A stretch of 63,604 nt of DNA, filler included. It is 6 parts of 6 records of this genome, joined end to end, with 100 filler letters (N's around TTAATTAATTAA, not from the genome) between each part and the next. Parts side by side here need not be neighbours in the genome. Positions count along the whole stretch, not along the records: positions 1 to 11,878 come from SRR31156797_10380; 5 more parts are not named here. One strand, 5' to 3'. Positions 1 to 9,948 of this stretch are shown here, one piece after another. Both the position numbers and the translations under genes were made by a program. The notes under the pieces are model-generated. The model did no database searches. It was given only the letters and a program-made list of their open reading frames with translations, and was not told the origin of the DNA. Each line of letters starts with the position of its first letter. Within the stretch, counting starts at the first letter, position 1.

Positions 1-77
1 CTGGATATTTTTCATATCCCCATGATATCAGGTTAGATGTCCAGGCCTGTTAACGGCTTTATACTACAGGATTCTGT

Positions 78-542
78 ATGAAATTTTCAATAATGAAACA
101 AGGGCAAGAAAATATAGTAATTGAGGTTGTAAAAGAAGTTTTCAATGAATTCGTTGCACCGGGTTACACTCAAGATGGAATTGATGAATTTTTCAATTAT
201 GCAAATGTTGAAAAGTTGACGGAAAGATCAAGGATTGACCATTTCACAATCCTTGCTCAGGATAATGATCGAGTCATGGGTATAATTGAAATCAGGAACC
301 CCAATCATGTGTCTATGTTTTTTGTTCAGAGAGATTTCCAAAATAAGGGTGTTGGTAAGGCATTGTTCAAGGAAGCAATGAAGCTGATCACCAAAAAAAA
401 TCAGAATATTGAGGAACTGACCGTAAATTCATCTTTGAATGCAGTCCCGGCCTACGAGCGTTTGGGCTTTCTGGTTCAGGGGGGAGAGCAGTGCTTAAAC
501 GGGATAAAGTTTGTTCCAATGAAGCTAAGTTTAAGGCAATAG
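78..542 (+). CDS. GNAT family N-acetyltransferase
   Basis: 154 aa; acetyl-CoA motif A (FVQRDFQNKGVGKAL) and C-terminal NAVPAYERLGF. Confidence 0.85.
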   Translation: MKFSIMKQGQENIVIEVVKEVFNEFVAPGYTQDGIDEFFNYANVEKLTERSRIDHFTILAQDNDRVMGIIEIRNPNHVSMFFVQRDFQNKGVGKALFKEAMKLITKKNQNIEELTVNSSLNAVPAYERLGFLVQGGEQCLNGIKFVPMKLSLRQ

Positions 543-568
543 GCAGTTAGCAAAAAACTGAAGTTTGA

Positions 569-626
569 CAATTAAAGGCCAACGACCTTTTGTACAGGAT
601 CCAAGAGTGTCGTTCGCCTTTAATTG
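569..626. terminator. Long imperfect hairpin between convergent genes (probable terminator)
   Basis: CAATTAAAGGC-C-AACGAC ... GTCGTT-C-GCCTTTAATTG inverted repeat. Confidence 0.5.
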
Positions 627-686
627 CAGGGTATTTAAAGCATAAAATCAATTTAATAATAGCATCTTGATTTCAATGATCGCTAT

Positions 687-2555
687 TTAGGATTTTATAA
701 CCTCGGTGGTCACCGTATATTGATTCAGCGCTTTATTAATTTGTTTTTTTACCGTTTGAAAATCGCACCCGGTATAGGGCCGGACTGTTATTGTTGCCAG
801 TTCACCAAATTTTTTATCATCACGGACCATTACATGGATATCCCCGTCTTTTATGGTTTCAAGTTCCTTTTCAATGGCCCGTTTTATTGCGTCCCGGCGC
901 AGGGCGGGTTTAAATATTTTGCCGACAGACGTGAGGGGGATTTCATCAATGATAATGATTTTTTTCGGTATGGCGGCCCTTTCACCAATCGTCCTTCCGG
1001 CATATTCAAGAATCTGTTTTTCATCTACGGCGGCTTCCTTTGACAATTGAACATAGGCAACCGGTACCTCTCCGGCGTATTTGTCAGGCCACCCCACAGC
1101 GGCAGCGGTTTTTATTTCTGCCATGTTGTACAGGGCTTCTTCAATGGTCACCGGGTCGATATTGTGGCCCCCTCTGATGATCAGTTCTTTTTTTCTTCCG
1201 GTAAGCCAAAAATACCCGTCTTCATCCGTTCTGCCCAGGTCGCCGGTATTAAAATACCCGTCAGGGAACCAGATCCCCTCATTATGAAGGTCTTCGACAT
1301 ACCCCTTGAAAATATTGGGGCCTTTTACGGCTAGAACACCGATTTCTCCGGTTTCGGCAGGGCGCAGAAAAGCGCCCTTTTCATCGGTGACCACAAGCTT
1401 GATGTCCTGGTAAGGCATGCGCATGCCGATACTGCCGATTTTTCGTATTCCGTCTTTGGGATTCAATGCCGAGGCCACCCCGCCTTCGGTTAATCCGTAT
1501 CCTTCGAGTAGTTTTATGCCGGTATGGGATTCGAACCGTTTAAAAAGCTCGGTGCTTAAGGGGGCGGCCCCGCAAAGGGCATATTGAAGTGAGGAGATGT
1601 CCGCACCGTTTACCGGTGTGTCCAGGAGCATGGACAGCACCGTGGGAACAGCCGAAAAAAAATCGGCGCCAAAGGTTTCAACAATTTTAAAAAAATGTTT
1701 AATAACGGACGGATCCCGGTATCCGCTCGGGGAAACCAGGACCACACCTGCCCCCACTGCAAATGACGCCAGCCCGGTGACAATGGTGCCGTTACAATGG
1801 AACAGGGGCAGACCGCAAAGCAGGGTTGAGCGGGATGTGAATCCAACCATTTTTTTTAAAATCCAGGCCATTATAATTTCATTGCAATGGGTTCGCCTGG
1901 CCAGCTTGGGCCTGCCCGTGGTACCGCCTGTATGGTAGATGGAGGCAATGTCATGGGCCCTTATGTCCCGGCTAAAGGAGAGGCCCTCTTTGCTGTATTT
2001 TTTTAATTCACTGCCAAAGTCCAGAAGGTCTTTTTCATCACAGGGCCGTTCCGATACACAAATCACATGTTTCAGGTTCGGCAGTTTTCTGCGGGCCGTT
2101 CTGATCTTGTCCCGGATCTCGGCAGCCTGGGGGTCCCCCAGTGTCACAAGGACTTTTGTTTTAACCGCCCTGCATATGTCTATGACGGCCTTGGGCTCGA
2201 GCATGGGGTTTATGGGATTGGCGATTCCGGCGGCTTCCGCTCCCCATAGAATATAGTGGGTCTGGGGCAGGTTGGGGAGCAGGTAGCTTACCACATCATC
2301 CGGGCCGATACCTAAATCATGAAGCATATTGGCCGTTCCGTAGACATTGGCCAGTAATTTTTCATAGGGTATGGTTATAGGGGTGTTATAATCACTTCCG
2401 GTTTGAAGAAAATGCAATGCCGGGGCCTGGGGATTAATGGCGGCCCCCTTTTCGATGGCCTCCAGGGTGCTGTTAAATTCCAGGCGCCGGGCCACAGGGA
2501 TTTTTTCAATTTCCAGAATGTCGTTCATGTCTTTTATCATACCTGCAACTGCCAT
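687..2555 (-). CDS. Acyl-CoA synthetase (AMP-forming)
   Basis: YHTGGTTGRPK AMP-binding loop, EGYGLTE, TGDLG, GRKKELIIRGG, VGKIFK. Confidence 0.9.
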   Translation of the reverse strand: MAVAGMIKDMNDILEIEKIPVARRLEFNSTLEAIEKGAAINPQAPALHFLQTGSDYNTPITIPYEKLLANVYGTANMLHDLGIGPDDVVSYLLPNLPQTHYILWGAEAAGIANPINPMLEPKAVIDICRAVKTKVLVTLGDPQAAEIRDKIRTARRKLPNLKHVICVSERPCDEKDLLDFGSELKKYSKEGLSFSRDIRAHDIASIYHTGGTTGRPKLARRTHCNEIIMAWILKKMVGFTSRSTLLCGLPLFHCNGTIVTGLASFAVGAGVVLVSPSGYRDPSVIKHFFKIVETFGADFFSAVPTVLSMLLDTPVNGADISSLQYALCGAAPLSTELFKRFESHTGIKLLEGYGLTEGGVASALNPKDGIRKIGSIGMRMPYQDIKLVVTDEKGAFLRPAETGEIGVLAVKGPNIFKGYVEDLHNEGIWFPDGYFNTGDLGRTDEDGYFWLTGRKKELIIRGGHNIDPVTIEEALYNMAEIKTAAAVGWPDKYAGEVPVAYVQLSKEAAVDEKQILEYAGRTIGERAAIPKKIIIIDEIPLTSVGKIFKPALRRDAIKRAIEKELETIKDGDIHVMVRDDKKFGELATITVRPYTGCDFQTVKKQINKALNQYTVTTEVIKS

Positions 2556-2583
2556 GAAAGAACCTCCTTTAAAAGGGGTGTGC

Positions 2584-3516
2584 CTAACCCAGTTGAAATA
2601 CGGATGATGCCGTTCCCGACATAATCATTTGAATTTCCTCCGGTGTAAATACAATGTCAGACTGGGGGTCGGTAAACACCTTGACCCATTGCTCCGGCGG
2701 CATCAGCGTACAGGGAAGCGGGGCGTCAGTGGCCCACATCAGCCGGCCGGCCCCGCATTCGTCGATCAAGAACCTCAGCCAGCTGTAAAATTTTTTTGTT
2801 CCCCAGGTGTGGTAATTAAACTGGTGGTAGGAAAGATCAAAGTAGAGGTTGGGAATGAGTTTACCGTACATCACCGCTTCTTCCCACAGATCCATGGCCA
2901 CATGGGCCATAATAAACTTGGTGTCCGGAAACCGGGTGGCGGCTTCCGCCAAAAATAATGAGCGCTGATGGTCCAGATATACGGGGGCGGCCGGCTGGGC
3001 ACCGGTGTGAAATACCAGGGGCACATTCCAGCGGGCACATTTTTCATACAGGGGAAACAATATTTCATCGGTGGGATAGAAACCGGCGGCCGGATGAAGC
3101 TTAAACCCGCCCATTTTCCAGTCTTCGATGCATTGCTCAGCATGGGCAATCGCCCCGGGACGCCTTGGGTCCAGGGCGCAAAGTGCAAGGAAACGATCCG
3201 GATGACGCTGGGCAATCCGGGCATAGTGACGGTTTATATCAAAGGGATGCATGGCCGGGTCGCCCAGTTCTTTACCGAAATCCGATCCAAAGATTACCGC
3301 TTTATCGATTCCGGCAATGTCCATTTGGGACAAAAATTTTTCGCCGTCAGGATCATACATGCCTGTAATCAGATCATTCCTGGCGTCTTCCAGGGACATG
3401 TCCATATTGTGCTTGTTTTTCATTATCAGCCGCATTGTTCTGGCCATTCCCATTTTATAGGCGTCGGGAATGATGTCTTCGCTGAATAAATGAACATGGG
3501 TATCATAAATTTTCAT
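2584..3516 (-). CDS. Amidohydrolase_2 family metal-dependent enzyme
   Basis: DTHVH metal motif, GFKLHP, VFHTG, IMAH, WATDAP. Confidence 0.85.
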   Translation of the reverse strand: MKIYDTHVHLFSEDIIPDAYKMGMARTMRLIMKNKHNMDMSLEDARNDLITGMYDPDGEKFLSQMDIAGIDKAVIFGSDFGKELGDPAMHPFDINRHYARIAQRHPDRFLALCALDPRRPGAIAHAEQCIEDWKMGGFKLHPAAGFYPTDEILFPLYEKCARWNVPLVFHTGAQPAAPVYLDHQRSLFLAEAATRFPDTKFIMAHVAMDLWEEAVMYGKLIPNLYFDLSYHQFNYHTWGTKKFYSWLRFLIDECGAGRLMWATDAPLPCTLMPPEQWVKVFTDPQSDIVFTPEEIQMIMSGTASSVFQLG

Positions 3517-3588
3517 CGCAGGATCTCCGTTACAATTTTATTTGACCGGGCCGCAACTCTTTAAATCAGCCCGGATATGTCACCAGCC

Positions 3589-4980
3589 TTAAAGGTCTTC
3601 GGGCCTTATATCCAGGGGCACACTGGGTTCTTTCCCGATTTCGGACAGGGTCTGCCAGACCCGTTTTTTAATAGGAAGAATGGGGCGGCGGGCATATTCA
3701 TCCATAAACTGTTCGTATCCGACCGTCGGGTTCTTAATGCATCGGCATGGAAGGGCCACCATAAACCGGCCGATACATCCCTGATTGCACCGGGTGCATT
3801 TGATTATTTCATCTTCCCTGCCTTCCTGAACCTTGACGACCCAGTCCGGGTCTGCAATCTGCTGCCTGCCCTGGGACACCATATCTGCGGCCCCGGACCT
3901 GAGGGCCTCTGCCACATTGGCCGGTCGGTGCACCGACGGACAGATCAATGGAATGTTCAGGTTTTCATTGATTATTCTGGCCTTTGGAATGACCTGACCT
4001 TCATGGTTGGGAAGGAAATCATCCATCTTTTCATAGGATCCGTCGGACAAATGAATGAAGTTGGCGCCTTCTTCTTCGCAGCGTTTGGCTATCCGCTTGA
4101 AATCTTCGCCGGTACATCCTTCCGGGACATTGTCCGAAGCGCTCAGGCGCACGCCCACATTGAAGTCCGGGCCTGTATATTTTCGGCAGGAATGGATGCA
4201 TTCCTTCAGGAACCGGATCCGGTTTTCAAATGTTCCCCCGTATTCATCGGTCCGCCGGTTGGATCGTCTGGAAAAAAAGGTATGGAGCAGATATCCGTGG
4301 GGGGCATGGATTTCCACCCCGTCAAACCCGCATCGCTTGGCCAGTTTGGCTGAAATCCCCAGGTCGCGGACCAGGGTCTGGATTTCTTCCACGGTAATTT
4401 CTCTTGGGGTCTCTCCGTTCATGTGGGTTCCGGGGATTTTGTTGGCAAAGCAGATCAATTCGTCCACATCCTCTGTCTTGGGGATGGGGCCCTGGTATCC
4501 GCATGCCCGGACCAGGGCCAAAGGATCCATGCCGTTGACAAGGTTTTCAGGATATGTGGTATAGGGAATGGGGGAAGCGGATACCGGCTGGACGGCCCCG
4601 GCTTCACTGGTGCCCTGGCGGCCCGGCCCCAGGCCCAGCTGGACAAATATTTTCGCCCCAAATGCGTGAACATGCTCCACAAGCTCTGACATCCCGGGAA
4701 CAAATAATTCATTGTGCAGGCTGGCATTGTTATATTTTTTATAGGTATCTGCCGTGGAATGACCGGTTGCCATCACCGCTTCCATGATGATAAGACCGGT
4801 TCCTCCCTTGGCACGGGCCGCATAGTAGGCCATCTGCTGGTCACTGACATGGTGGTTGGGCCCCGTGTAATTCATGTTCATGGGCGCCATGGCAATCCTG
4901 TTTTTAATCTTAACATTGCCGATGGTGATGGGGTCAAAAATCGGGCTGTAATCCCTGTTTTCTTCTGCGGCTGAGCTCAT
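3589..4980 (-). CDS. NADH:flavin oxidoreductase (old yellow enzyme family) with Fe-S motif
   Basis: KNRIAMAPM, GFDGVEIHAPHGYL, NRRTDEYGG, C-terminal CTRCNQGC...C. Confidence 0.9.
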   Translation of the reverse strand: MSSAAEENRDYSPIFDPITIGNVKIKNRIAMAPMNMNYTGPNHHVSDQQMAYYAARAKGGTGLIIMEAVMATGHSTADTYKKYNNASLHNELFVPGMSELVEHVHAFGAKIFVQLGLGPGRQGTSEAGAVQPVSASPIPYTTYPENLVNGMDPLALVRACGYQGPIPKTEDVDELICFANKIPGTHMNGETPREITVEEIQTLVRDLGISAKLAKRCGFDGVEIHAPHGYLLHTFFSRRSNRRTDEYGGTFENRIRFLKECIHSCRKYTGPDFNVGVRLSASDNVPEGCTGEDFKRIAKRCEEEGANFIHLSDGSYEKMDDFLPNHEGQVIPKARIINENLNIPLICPSVHRPANVAEALRSGAADMVSQGRQQIADPDWVVKVQEGREDEIIKCTRCNQGCIGRFMVALPCRCIKNPTVGYEQFMDEYARRPILPIKKRVWQTLSEIGKEPSVPLDIRPEDL

Positions 4981-5015
4981 TGACTACCTCCTTAATAAAA
5001 ATGATGGTGGGTGTT

Positions 5016-5450
5016 TCAGATTCCATCCTTTTGGACGGTTTTGTCCGCCGGGATGAATTTGGGAAGGGTGACTTCCGGGGTTACGGGGTCGAATTTCACC
5101 CGTACCGGCATATCGCAGCGGATGTCATTGAATTCACACCCTTCGATATTGGTCAGAATATTGAATCCTTCCTCCAGTGTGACCACGGCAAGCACAAAGG
5201 GCACATGGGGCATGAATTCCGGGGGGGCCGCATCATAGGTGATTGTGAAAGAGAAGATCTTTCCCCGGCCCGAGGATTCCTGCCACCCCAGGTTGCGGCC
5301 CATGCAATTGGTGCAGATCCCCTTTGGAAAGAAAATCACTTCCCCGCAATCTTGGCATTTTTGGTAAAGCAGTTGATTGTTTTTGCATCCCTCATAGAAT
5401 TGCCGGCTTAACCCGGTCATTGCCGGCAGGGGTTTGGTATACTCCGTCAT
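5016..5450 (-). CDS. DUF35 Zn-ribbon/OB-fold protein (thiolase partner)
   Basis: CQDCG...CTNC ribbon then OB-fold (SGRGKIFSFT, VVTLEEG); adjacent to a thiolase. Confidence 0.9.
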   Translation of the reverse strand: MTEYTKPLPAMTGLSRQFYEGCKNNQLLYQKCQDCGEVIFFPKGICTNCMGRNLGWQESSGRGKIFSFTITYDAAPPEFMPHVPFVLAVVTLEEGFNILTNIEGCEFNDIRCDMPVRVKFDPVTPEVTLPKFIPADKTVQKDGI

Positions 5451-5452
5451 TG

Positions 5453-6643
5453 TTAGACCTCCCTTCCTAAAACACCCACGTGAAAATCCATGCCCACGCC
5501 TCCTGACGCTGTTTCAACAACGATATCGGCATTTTCGACCTGGCGGTCCCCCGCCTTTCCCATGACCTGCCGGGCCGCTTCAACCAGAATGGCGATTCCG
5601 CCTCCTGCTCCGGTGTGCCCCTGGGCCATCATGGCTCCGTTGGTAGACACCGGCAGTCTGCCCCCGGGTGAGGTATGGCCTTCTTCCACAAATTTTCCGG
5701 CAGCCCCGCGCTCGCAGAGTCCCAGCAGTTCCATGGACATGAGCAGGAAAGAGGGGAAGGCATCATAAATCTGGGCCACATCAATATCCGCCGGGCCTAT
5801 TCCGGCCATCCGGTAGGCGTCTGTAACGGCCGGTCCCCAGGCGCCGGTCAGGTCCGGAGGCTGATGGGTGACGGTGAAATTCGTGTTTCTGGAGGCCATT
5901 CCCAGTATATATGCGGGTTGCGGGCAAAGCTCCCTTGCCCTCTGGGCGGTGGTGACGATATATGCGGCAGCCCCGTCGCAGAGAATATTCATCATCTTTT
6001 TTCGTACCGGAGATGAGATCATTTTGGATGAAACAATTTCTTCCACGGTTTTGGGGGTTCCAAGAAAGGCATTGGGGTTCAGGGCCGCCCATTTTCTCAA
6101 GGAGGTCACAACGGCTGCAATCTGGTTTTCCGTGGTGCCGGTGTCATGCATGTAGCGCTGCTGGAGCAGCCCGCCCAGGGCAAGCTGGCTGAAGCCGTAG
6201 GGGGTCTCGTATTCCTGGTTGACAGAGACTTTGGAGAACTGGGTCAAGGCCGTGCCAAGATCAATTCCGGTGCCCATGCGGTCGCAATGGACCACCAGCA
6301 CCGCCCTGGAAAGCCCTGTGCAGACCAGTGCACTGGCCACCTTCAATGAATTGGCAGAGCTGGATCCGCCGGACATTACCTGGAAATTGGCCTTTGCCGT
6401 TCGTGTCATCCCCAGCTCCTCAATCATCCATGAGCAGATCATGTTGGCATTGTCCAGGCCATTGCTGACAACCCCTATGGGAATGACCGTATCTATTTCA
6501 TCCTTGGAGATACCGGCATCTTTGATGGCCATATCGCATACATCCACTGCGGCACTGATAAAGGACCGGTCCGGAAACAGGCCTGTGGGCACTTCTCCGA
6601 TTCCCACAACGGCGGCTTTACCCCGGATACTGTCTTGATTCAT
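5453..6643 (-). CDS. Thiolase-family protein (SCP2/Ltp2-like, lacks nucleophilic Cys)
   Basis: AAVVGIG, NPNA, CDGAAA, QIYDAF, STNG..AQGH. Start moved to ATG 6643, which has an AAGGAG SD; the longer ORF overlaps the upstream gene. Confidence 0.85.
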   Translation of the reverse strand: MNQDSIRGKAAVVGIGEVPTGLFPDRSFISAAVDVCDMAIKDAGISKDEIDTVIPIGVVSNGLDNANMICSWMIEELGMTRTAKANFQVMSGGSSSANSLKVASALVCTGLSRAVLVVHCDRMGTGIDLGTALTQFSKVSVNQEYETPYGFSQLALGGLLQQRYMHDTGTTENQIAAVVTSLRKWAALNPNAFLGTPKTVEEIVSSKMISSPVRKKMMNILCDGAAAYIVTTAQRARELCPQPAYILGMASRNTNFTVTHQPPDLTGAWGPAVTDAYRMAGIGPADIDVAQIYDAFPSFLLMSMELLGLCERGAAGKFVEEGHTSPGGRLPVSTNGAMMAQGHTGAGGGIAILVEAARQVMGKAGDRQVENADIVVETASGGVGMDFHVGVLGREV

Positions 6644-6666
6644 GATGTACTCCTTTGTGTTTAAGG

Positions 6667-7812
6667 TTAAAATCCAAGGAGCATCCGCCCGATGATGCTT
6701 CGCTGCATCTGGGAGGTGCCCCCGCCGATCATCCCCATTTTGGCGCTCCAAAGACTTCTTCCCACAGGATACTCGGCCATGCAGCCGTTGCCCCCGTGGA
6801 TCTGGATCGCCTTGTCCGCTACCCGGAATGCGGCTTCGGTGATAAAGGTCTTTGCAACAGCCGCATCCAGGCTGATATCCTGGCCCCCGTCTTTTTTCCA
6901 GGCCAGGTGGTAAACCAGGTGGCGGGAGGCTTCGATGTCCATTTTCATTTCCGCCAGCAAGGCCTGCACCAGTTGAAACCGGCCTAGGGGCCGGCTGAAC
7001 TGTTCTCTGGTTTTGGCGTATTGGATACTTTGCTTCAGGTCATTTTCCATCAGGCCCACATAGGGTGCGAATGCGATTCTTTCCCATCCCAGGGAAAACA
7101 GCATTTGGGAAAATCCCTGATTCTCTTTGCCCAGAAGATTGGCCTCAGGCACCCGGCAGTCATCAAAAAACAACTCACCTGTGGGGGCGTCATGGTTGGC
7201 GTATTTTTCAAGGGGGGCGCCTGTTGTAAGTCCGGGGGTATCTTTATCCACAATAAACATGGACAGGCCCCGGCCTTTGGCTGCAGGGTCGGTAGAGGCA
7301 AATACCACAAACACATCGGCGATGGGTGCATTGGAAATGAAGGTCTTTGAACCGTTCAGCAGATACCAGCCATCCTTTTTTTGGGCTGTGGTTTTCATGC
7401 TTGTGGCATCCGAACCGGCGTCGGGTTCGGTCAGGGCAAAGGCACCGATCCGTTCACCTGACGCCATTTTGGGCAGGTAGGTTTCTTTTTGGGCATGGTT
7501 TCCCAATTCGGCAATGGGCATGGCCGTAAGCAGTAGATGACTGGCCAATGCCACAAGGAGTCCGGAATCTCCGCTGGCCCTGGCAAGGGCAATCAATGCC
7601 GTCACGGTTGTGAGAGCCCCTTCTCCGTCTCCTCCGTATGCTTGGGGGATACTCAGACCGGTCAGGCCGAATTGTCCGAGTTTATTCCATACCACAGGGG
7701 AAAACCCTGAATTCAAAGCCCGTTCATCCACACCGGGACGCAGCTCCTTTCTGCCGAACTCTTCTACGGATTTGCGGAACATCTCCTGCTCTTTGCTCAA
7801 GGAAAAATCCAT
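6667..7812 (-). CDS. Acyl-CoA dehydrogenase
   Basis: AFALTEPDAGSD, LNGSKTFISN, REQFSRPL, IQIHGGNG, GGTSQMQR. Confidence 0.92.
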   Translation of the reverse strand: MDFSLSKEQEMFRKSVEEFGRKELRPGVDERALNSGFSPVVWNKLGQFGLTGLSIPQAYGGDGEGALTTVTALIALARASGDSGLLVALASHLLLTAMPIAELGNHAQKETYLPKMASGERIGAFALTEPDAGSDATSMKTTAQKKDGWYLLNGSKTFISNAPIADVFVVFASTDPAAKGRGLSMFIVDKDTPGLTTGAPLEKYANHDAPTGELFFDDCRVPEANLLGKENQGFSQMLFSLGWERIAFAPYVGLMENDLKQSIQYAKTREQFSRPLGRFQLVQALLAEMKMDIEASRHLVYHLAWKKDGGQDISLDAAVAKTFITEAAFRVADKAIQIHGGNGCMAEYPVGRSLWSAKMGMIGGGTSQMQRSIIGRMLLGF

Positions 7813-7857
7813 TGTCCATCTCCTGTATTCAAATGTTATGCTTTATATCCAGACCGC

Positions 7858-8286
7858 TCATGAGGGAAAGTTCACCAGGGCTTCCCCTTTTATGACAGCA
7901 TCACCATTCTGATTGACCACCTTAAGGGCCAGCGCCGCCAGGTTTTGATTGTTCTTCTGTGTTTTTTGAACAACATGTCCCAGAAAAGAGAGGGTGTCTC
8001 CGGGCCATACAATTCCTGTGAACCTTATTTTATATTGCTTTAACACCCCGTAACCGGCCCAGTCCGTCAGTGTTTTTGCCAGCATACCGCCGTGCATCAG
8101 CCCGTTGGCGAAAATGGACGGCAGGCCGCTGGACACAGCAAAGGCTTCATCGTGATGAATGGGTTGAAAATCGCCCCCGGCACCGACATATTTAATGATA
8201 TGGGTTCGGGTTACCTTAAGTGCAAAGGAGGGAAGCGCCTCTTTTTCCCTGATATCTTCAAATCGCTTTAATGCATATTCAGCCAT
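7858..8286 (-). CDS. MaoC-like (R)-enoyl-CoA hydratase, catalytic subunit
   Basis: Hydratase-2 motif GDFQPIHHD...G. Confidence 0.85.
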   Translation of the reverse strand: MAEYALKRFEDIREKEALPSFALKVTRTHIIKYVGAGGDFQPIHHDEAFAVSSGLPSIFANGLMHGGMLAKTLTDWAGYGVLKQYKIRFTGIVWPGDTLSFLGHVVQKTQKNNQNLAALALKVVNQNGDAVIKGEALVNFPS

Positions 8287-8301
8287 GGGTCACCTTTTGG
8301 G

Positions 8302-8757
8302 TTATCTTTCGATAAAAAGATTGTTGACCGTAATCACCAGTTCATTGTCGCTGTCGAAGAATAGATTTTTCATTTCGACAAATGTCATGGTCTTTCCATT
8401 GCCGCCTTCCTTTTCATAGATTTGGCCCACGTGAATTTCCCCGCGCAGGGTTTCACCGGCACAAACTGCACGCTCGTAAATGAATTCCGCTTCACCGTGA
8501 ACACTGGTGGCAACATTCATTCCAAGCTTCTGGGTCATCTCCATTACAAAGTTCTCCGATTCAATATGAAACCCGTTGGTAACGGGAAATGTCGGAGGCA
8601 TGGGAACACCTGAAAACCCCTTGGATGCCGCATAGTCCGGGTCGGAATAAATTTTGCTTTTATCCTGAACTGCCCAGGCAAATTCCCTGATTTTTCCCCT
8701 TTCAACGGGCATTTGAAATTCCAGTATTTTTTCCCCCTCAAGTTTTTTATTGATCAT
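8302..8757 (-). CDS. MaoC N-terminal / hotdog-fold partner subunit
   Basis: VERGKIREFA, PPTF, VHGEAEF hotdog pattern; directly upstream of MaoC. Confidence 0.8.
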   Translation of the reverse strand: MINKKLEGEKILEFQMPVERGKIREFAWAVQDKSKIYSDPDYAASKGFSGVPMPPTFPVTNGFHIESENFVMEMTQKLGMNVATSVHGEAEFIYERAVCAGETLRGEIHVGQIYEKEGGNGKTMTFVEMKNLFFDSDNELVITVNNLFIER

Positions 8758-8812
8758 GGTGTTTTCCTTTTTAGGTGTGTAATAGTTATAAATTTTTATT
8801 TAATACGTTGAT

Positions 8813-8827
8813 GATAGTGATCACTAA
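8813..8827. promoter_or_regulatory. Putative TetR operator 1
   Basis: GATAGTGATCACTAA containing the perfect palindrome TAGTGATCACTA, upstream of the catabolic operon. Confidence 0.55.
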
Positions 8828-8920
8828 CTATTAAGGCAAAAAAAAACAACAGCAGTTGTACGGTTTTTTTTCTTAGGTATTCACCTATCAAATGAATTTA
8901 TAGTCTATAATATTTTTTTG

Positions 8921-8935
8921 TTAATGATTACTATC
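8921..8935. promoter_or_regulatory. Putative TetR operator 2
   Basis: Reverse complement GATAGTAATCATTAA (13/15 to site 1), just downstream of a minus-strand TTGACA (8953-8948). Confidence 0.45.
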
Positions 8936-8989
8936 GAAAGTTTAATATGTCAACATTTTTTTATCCCTGCGTGTAAGTAACTGTAATAT

Positions 8990-9604
8990 TTAATTATGAG
9001 GCGACAGGATTTTTTTTATGATGTCAAAATAATGCACATATTTAAATTTTTTATCTTCCAGGGTCTCTTTCATACCGACCACACAAAAGTATTGATAGCA
9101 GAAAAAGGAGGAAAAAAATTCAGGATTCAAATTCTTATCGATTTTCCCTTTTTGGATCGCTGAGTGAAGTACCTTTTCAATGCTGGCGATTTGGTTGGCC
9201 ATGGCGGATTCAAAGGCAGCCTTAAAATCAGTGTCATCTTTATAACTGAGCATATGAACCAGAAACATGGATTTGTCAGGATTCTGGTCAACAAAGTCAA
9301 AATATGCCTTGCACAGGGCTTCGAGGCAGGCGATTTCATCGGCGTCATATGTTTGCAAAATCCCTTTGTTCTCACTGGAAAGCTGTCCCATAATGGATTG
9401 GAAACAATTGAGAAACAACTCTTTCTTATTCTTGAAATGTTTGTATAAGGTCGGCTCAGAGATTTTGGATTCCCTTGCAATCATGGCCGTTGTCGCTGCC
9501 TTGTAACCCCTGGTGTTGAATATCCGAATGGCAGTATCCAGTATGGTCTGGTGTCTGTTTTCATACAGCAGCAGTTTTTCCCTTGATTTATCGACTATAT
9601 TCAA
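8990..9604 (-). CDS. TetR/AcrR family transcriptional regulator
   Basis: HTH ILDTAIRIF...TTAMIARES.ISEPTLYKHFKNK; probable TTG start at 9604 after GAGGG. Confidence 0.9.
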   Translation of the reverse strand: MNIVDKSREKLLLYENRHQTILDTAIRIFNTRGYKAATTAMIARESKISEPTLYKHFKNKKELFLNCFQSIMGQLSSENKGILQTYDADEIACLEALCKAYFDFVDQNPDKSMFLVHMLSYKDDTDFKAAFESAMANQIASIEKVLHSAIQKGKIDKNLNPEFFSSFFCYQYFCVVGMKETLEDKKFKYVHYFDIIKKILSPHN

Positions 9605-9792
9605 AGCGCAACCCTCATTTTTTAGATTAATACCGATTACTATAGGTGCGGTTAGCATGTACTATTTTTTTTGTCAAACACTTTTATCGTCCGCCGGGCA
9701 CAGCCGTCAAAGCCCGGTAATATTTCATCCATCGGGCTTTTAAAAAAGGCTTGACAAATTTATAAAACTGAAATAGCACATTTTACTATATT

Positions 9793-9807
9793 GATAGTGT
9801 TTACTAA
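9793..9807. promoter_or_regulatory. Putative TetR operator 3
   Basis: GATAGTGTTTACTAA (13/15 to site 1), upstream of the divergent CoA ligase and downstream of TTGACA at 9751. Confidence 0.45.
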
Positions 9808-9948
9808 TATTAATTTTGTTATCAATTTCATAGTGATAATAAATGCTATGAAATTGCCGATGCCATTATGGAAACAGACCGGGGATGATGTCAGGAGCGT
9901 TTATTTTGCGAATGACCGGGGAGTTAACAACAATAAAGGGGGGTACCT

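Noticed and set aside
1-686. GNAT gene as an integron cassette
   Set aside because: A GTTAGAT is present upstream, but the downstream hairpin lacks attC RYYYAAC/GTTRRRY ends and no integrase is seen.
6644-6751. N-terminal extensions given by the ORF track (thiolase; also TetR, XRE, ruvC, folA, MaoC-SDR)
   Set aside because: They overlap neighbouring genes or promoters; downstream starts fit SD position or family length better.
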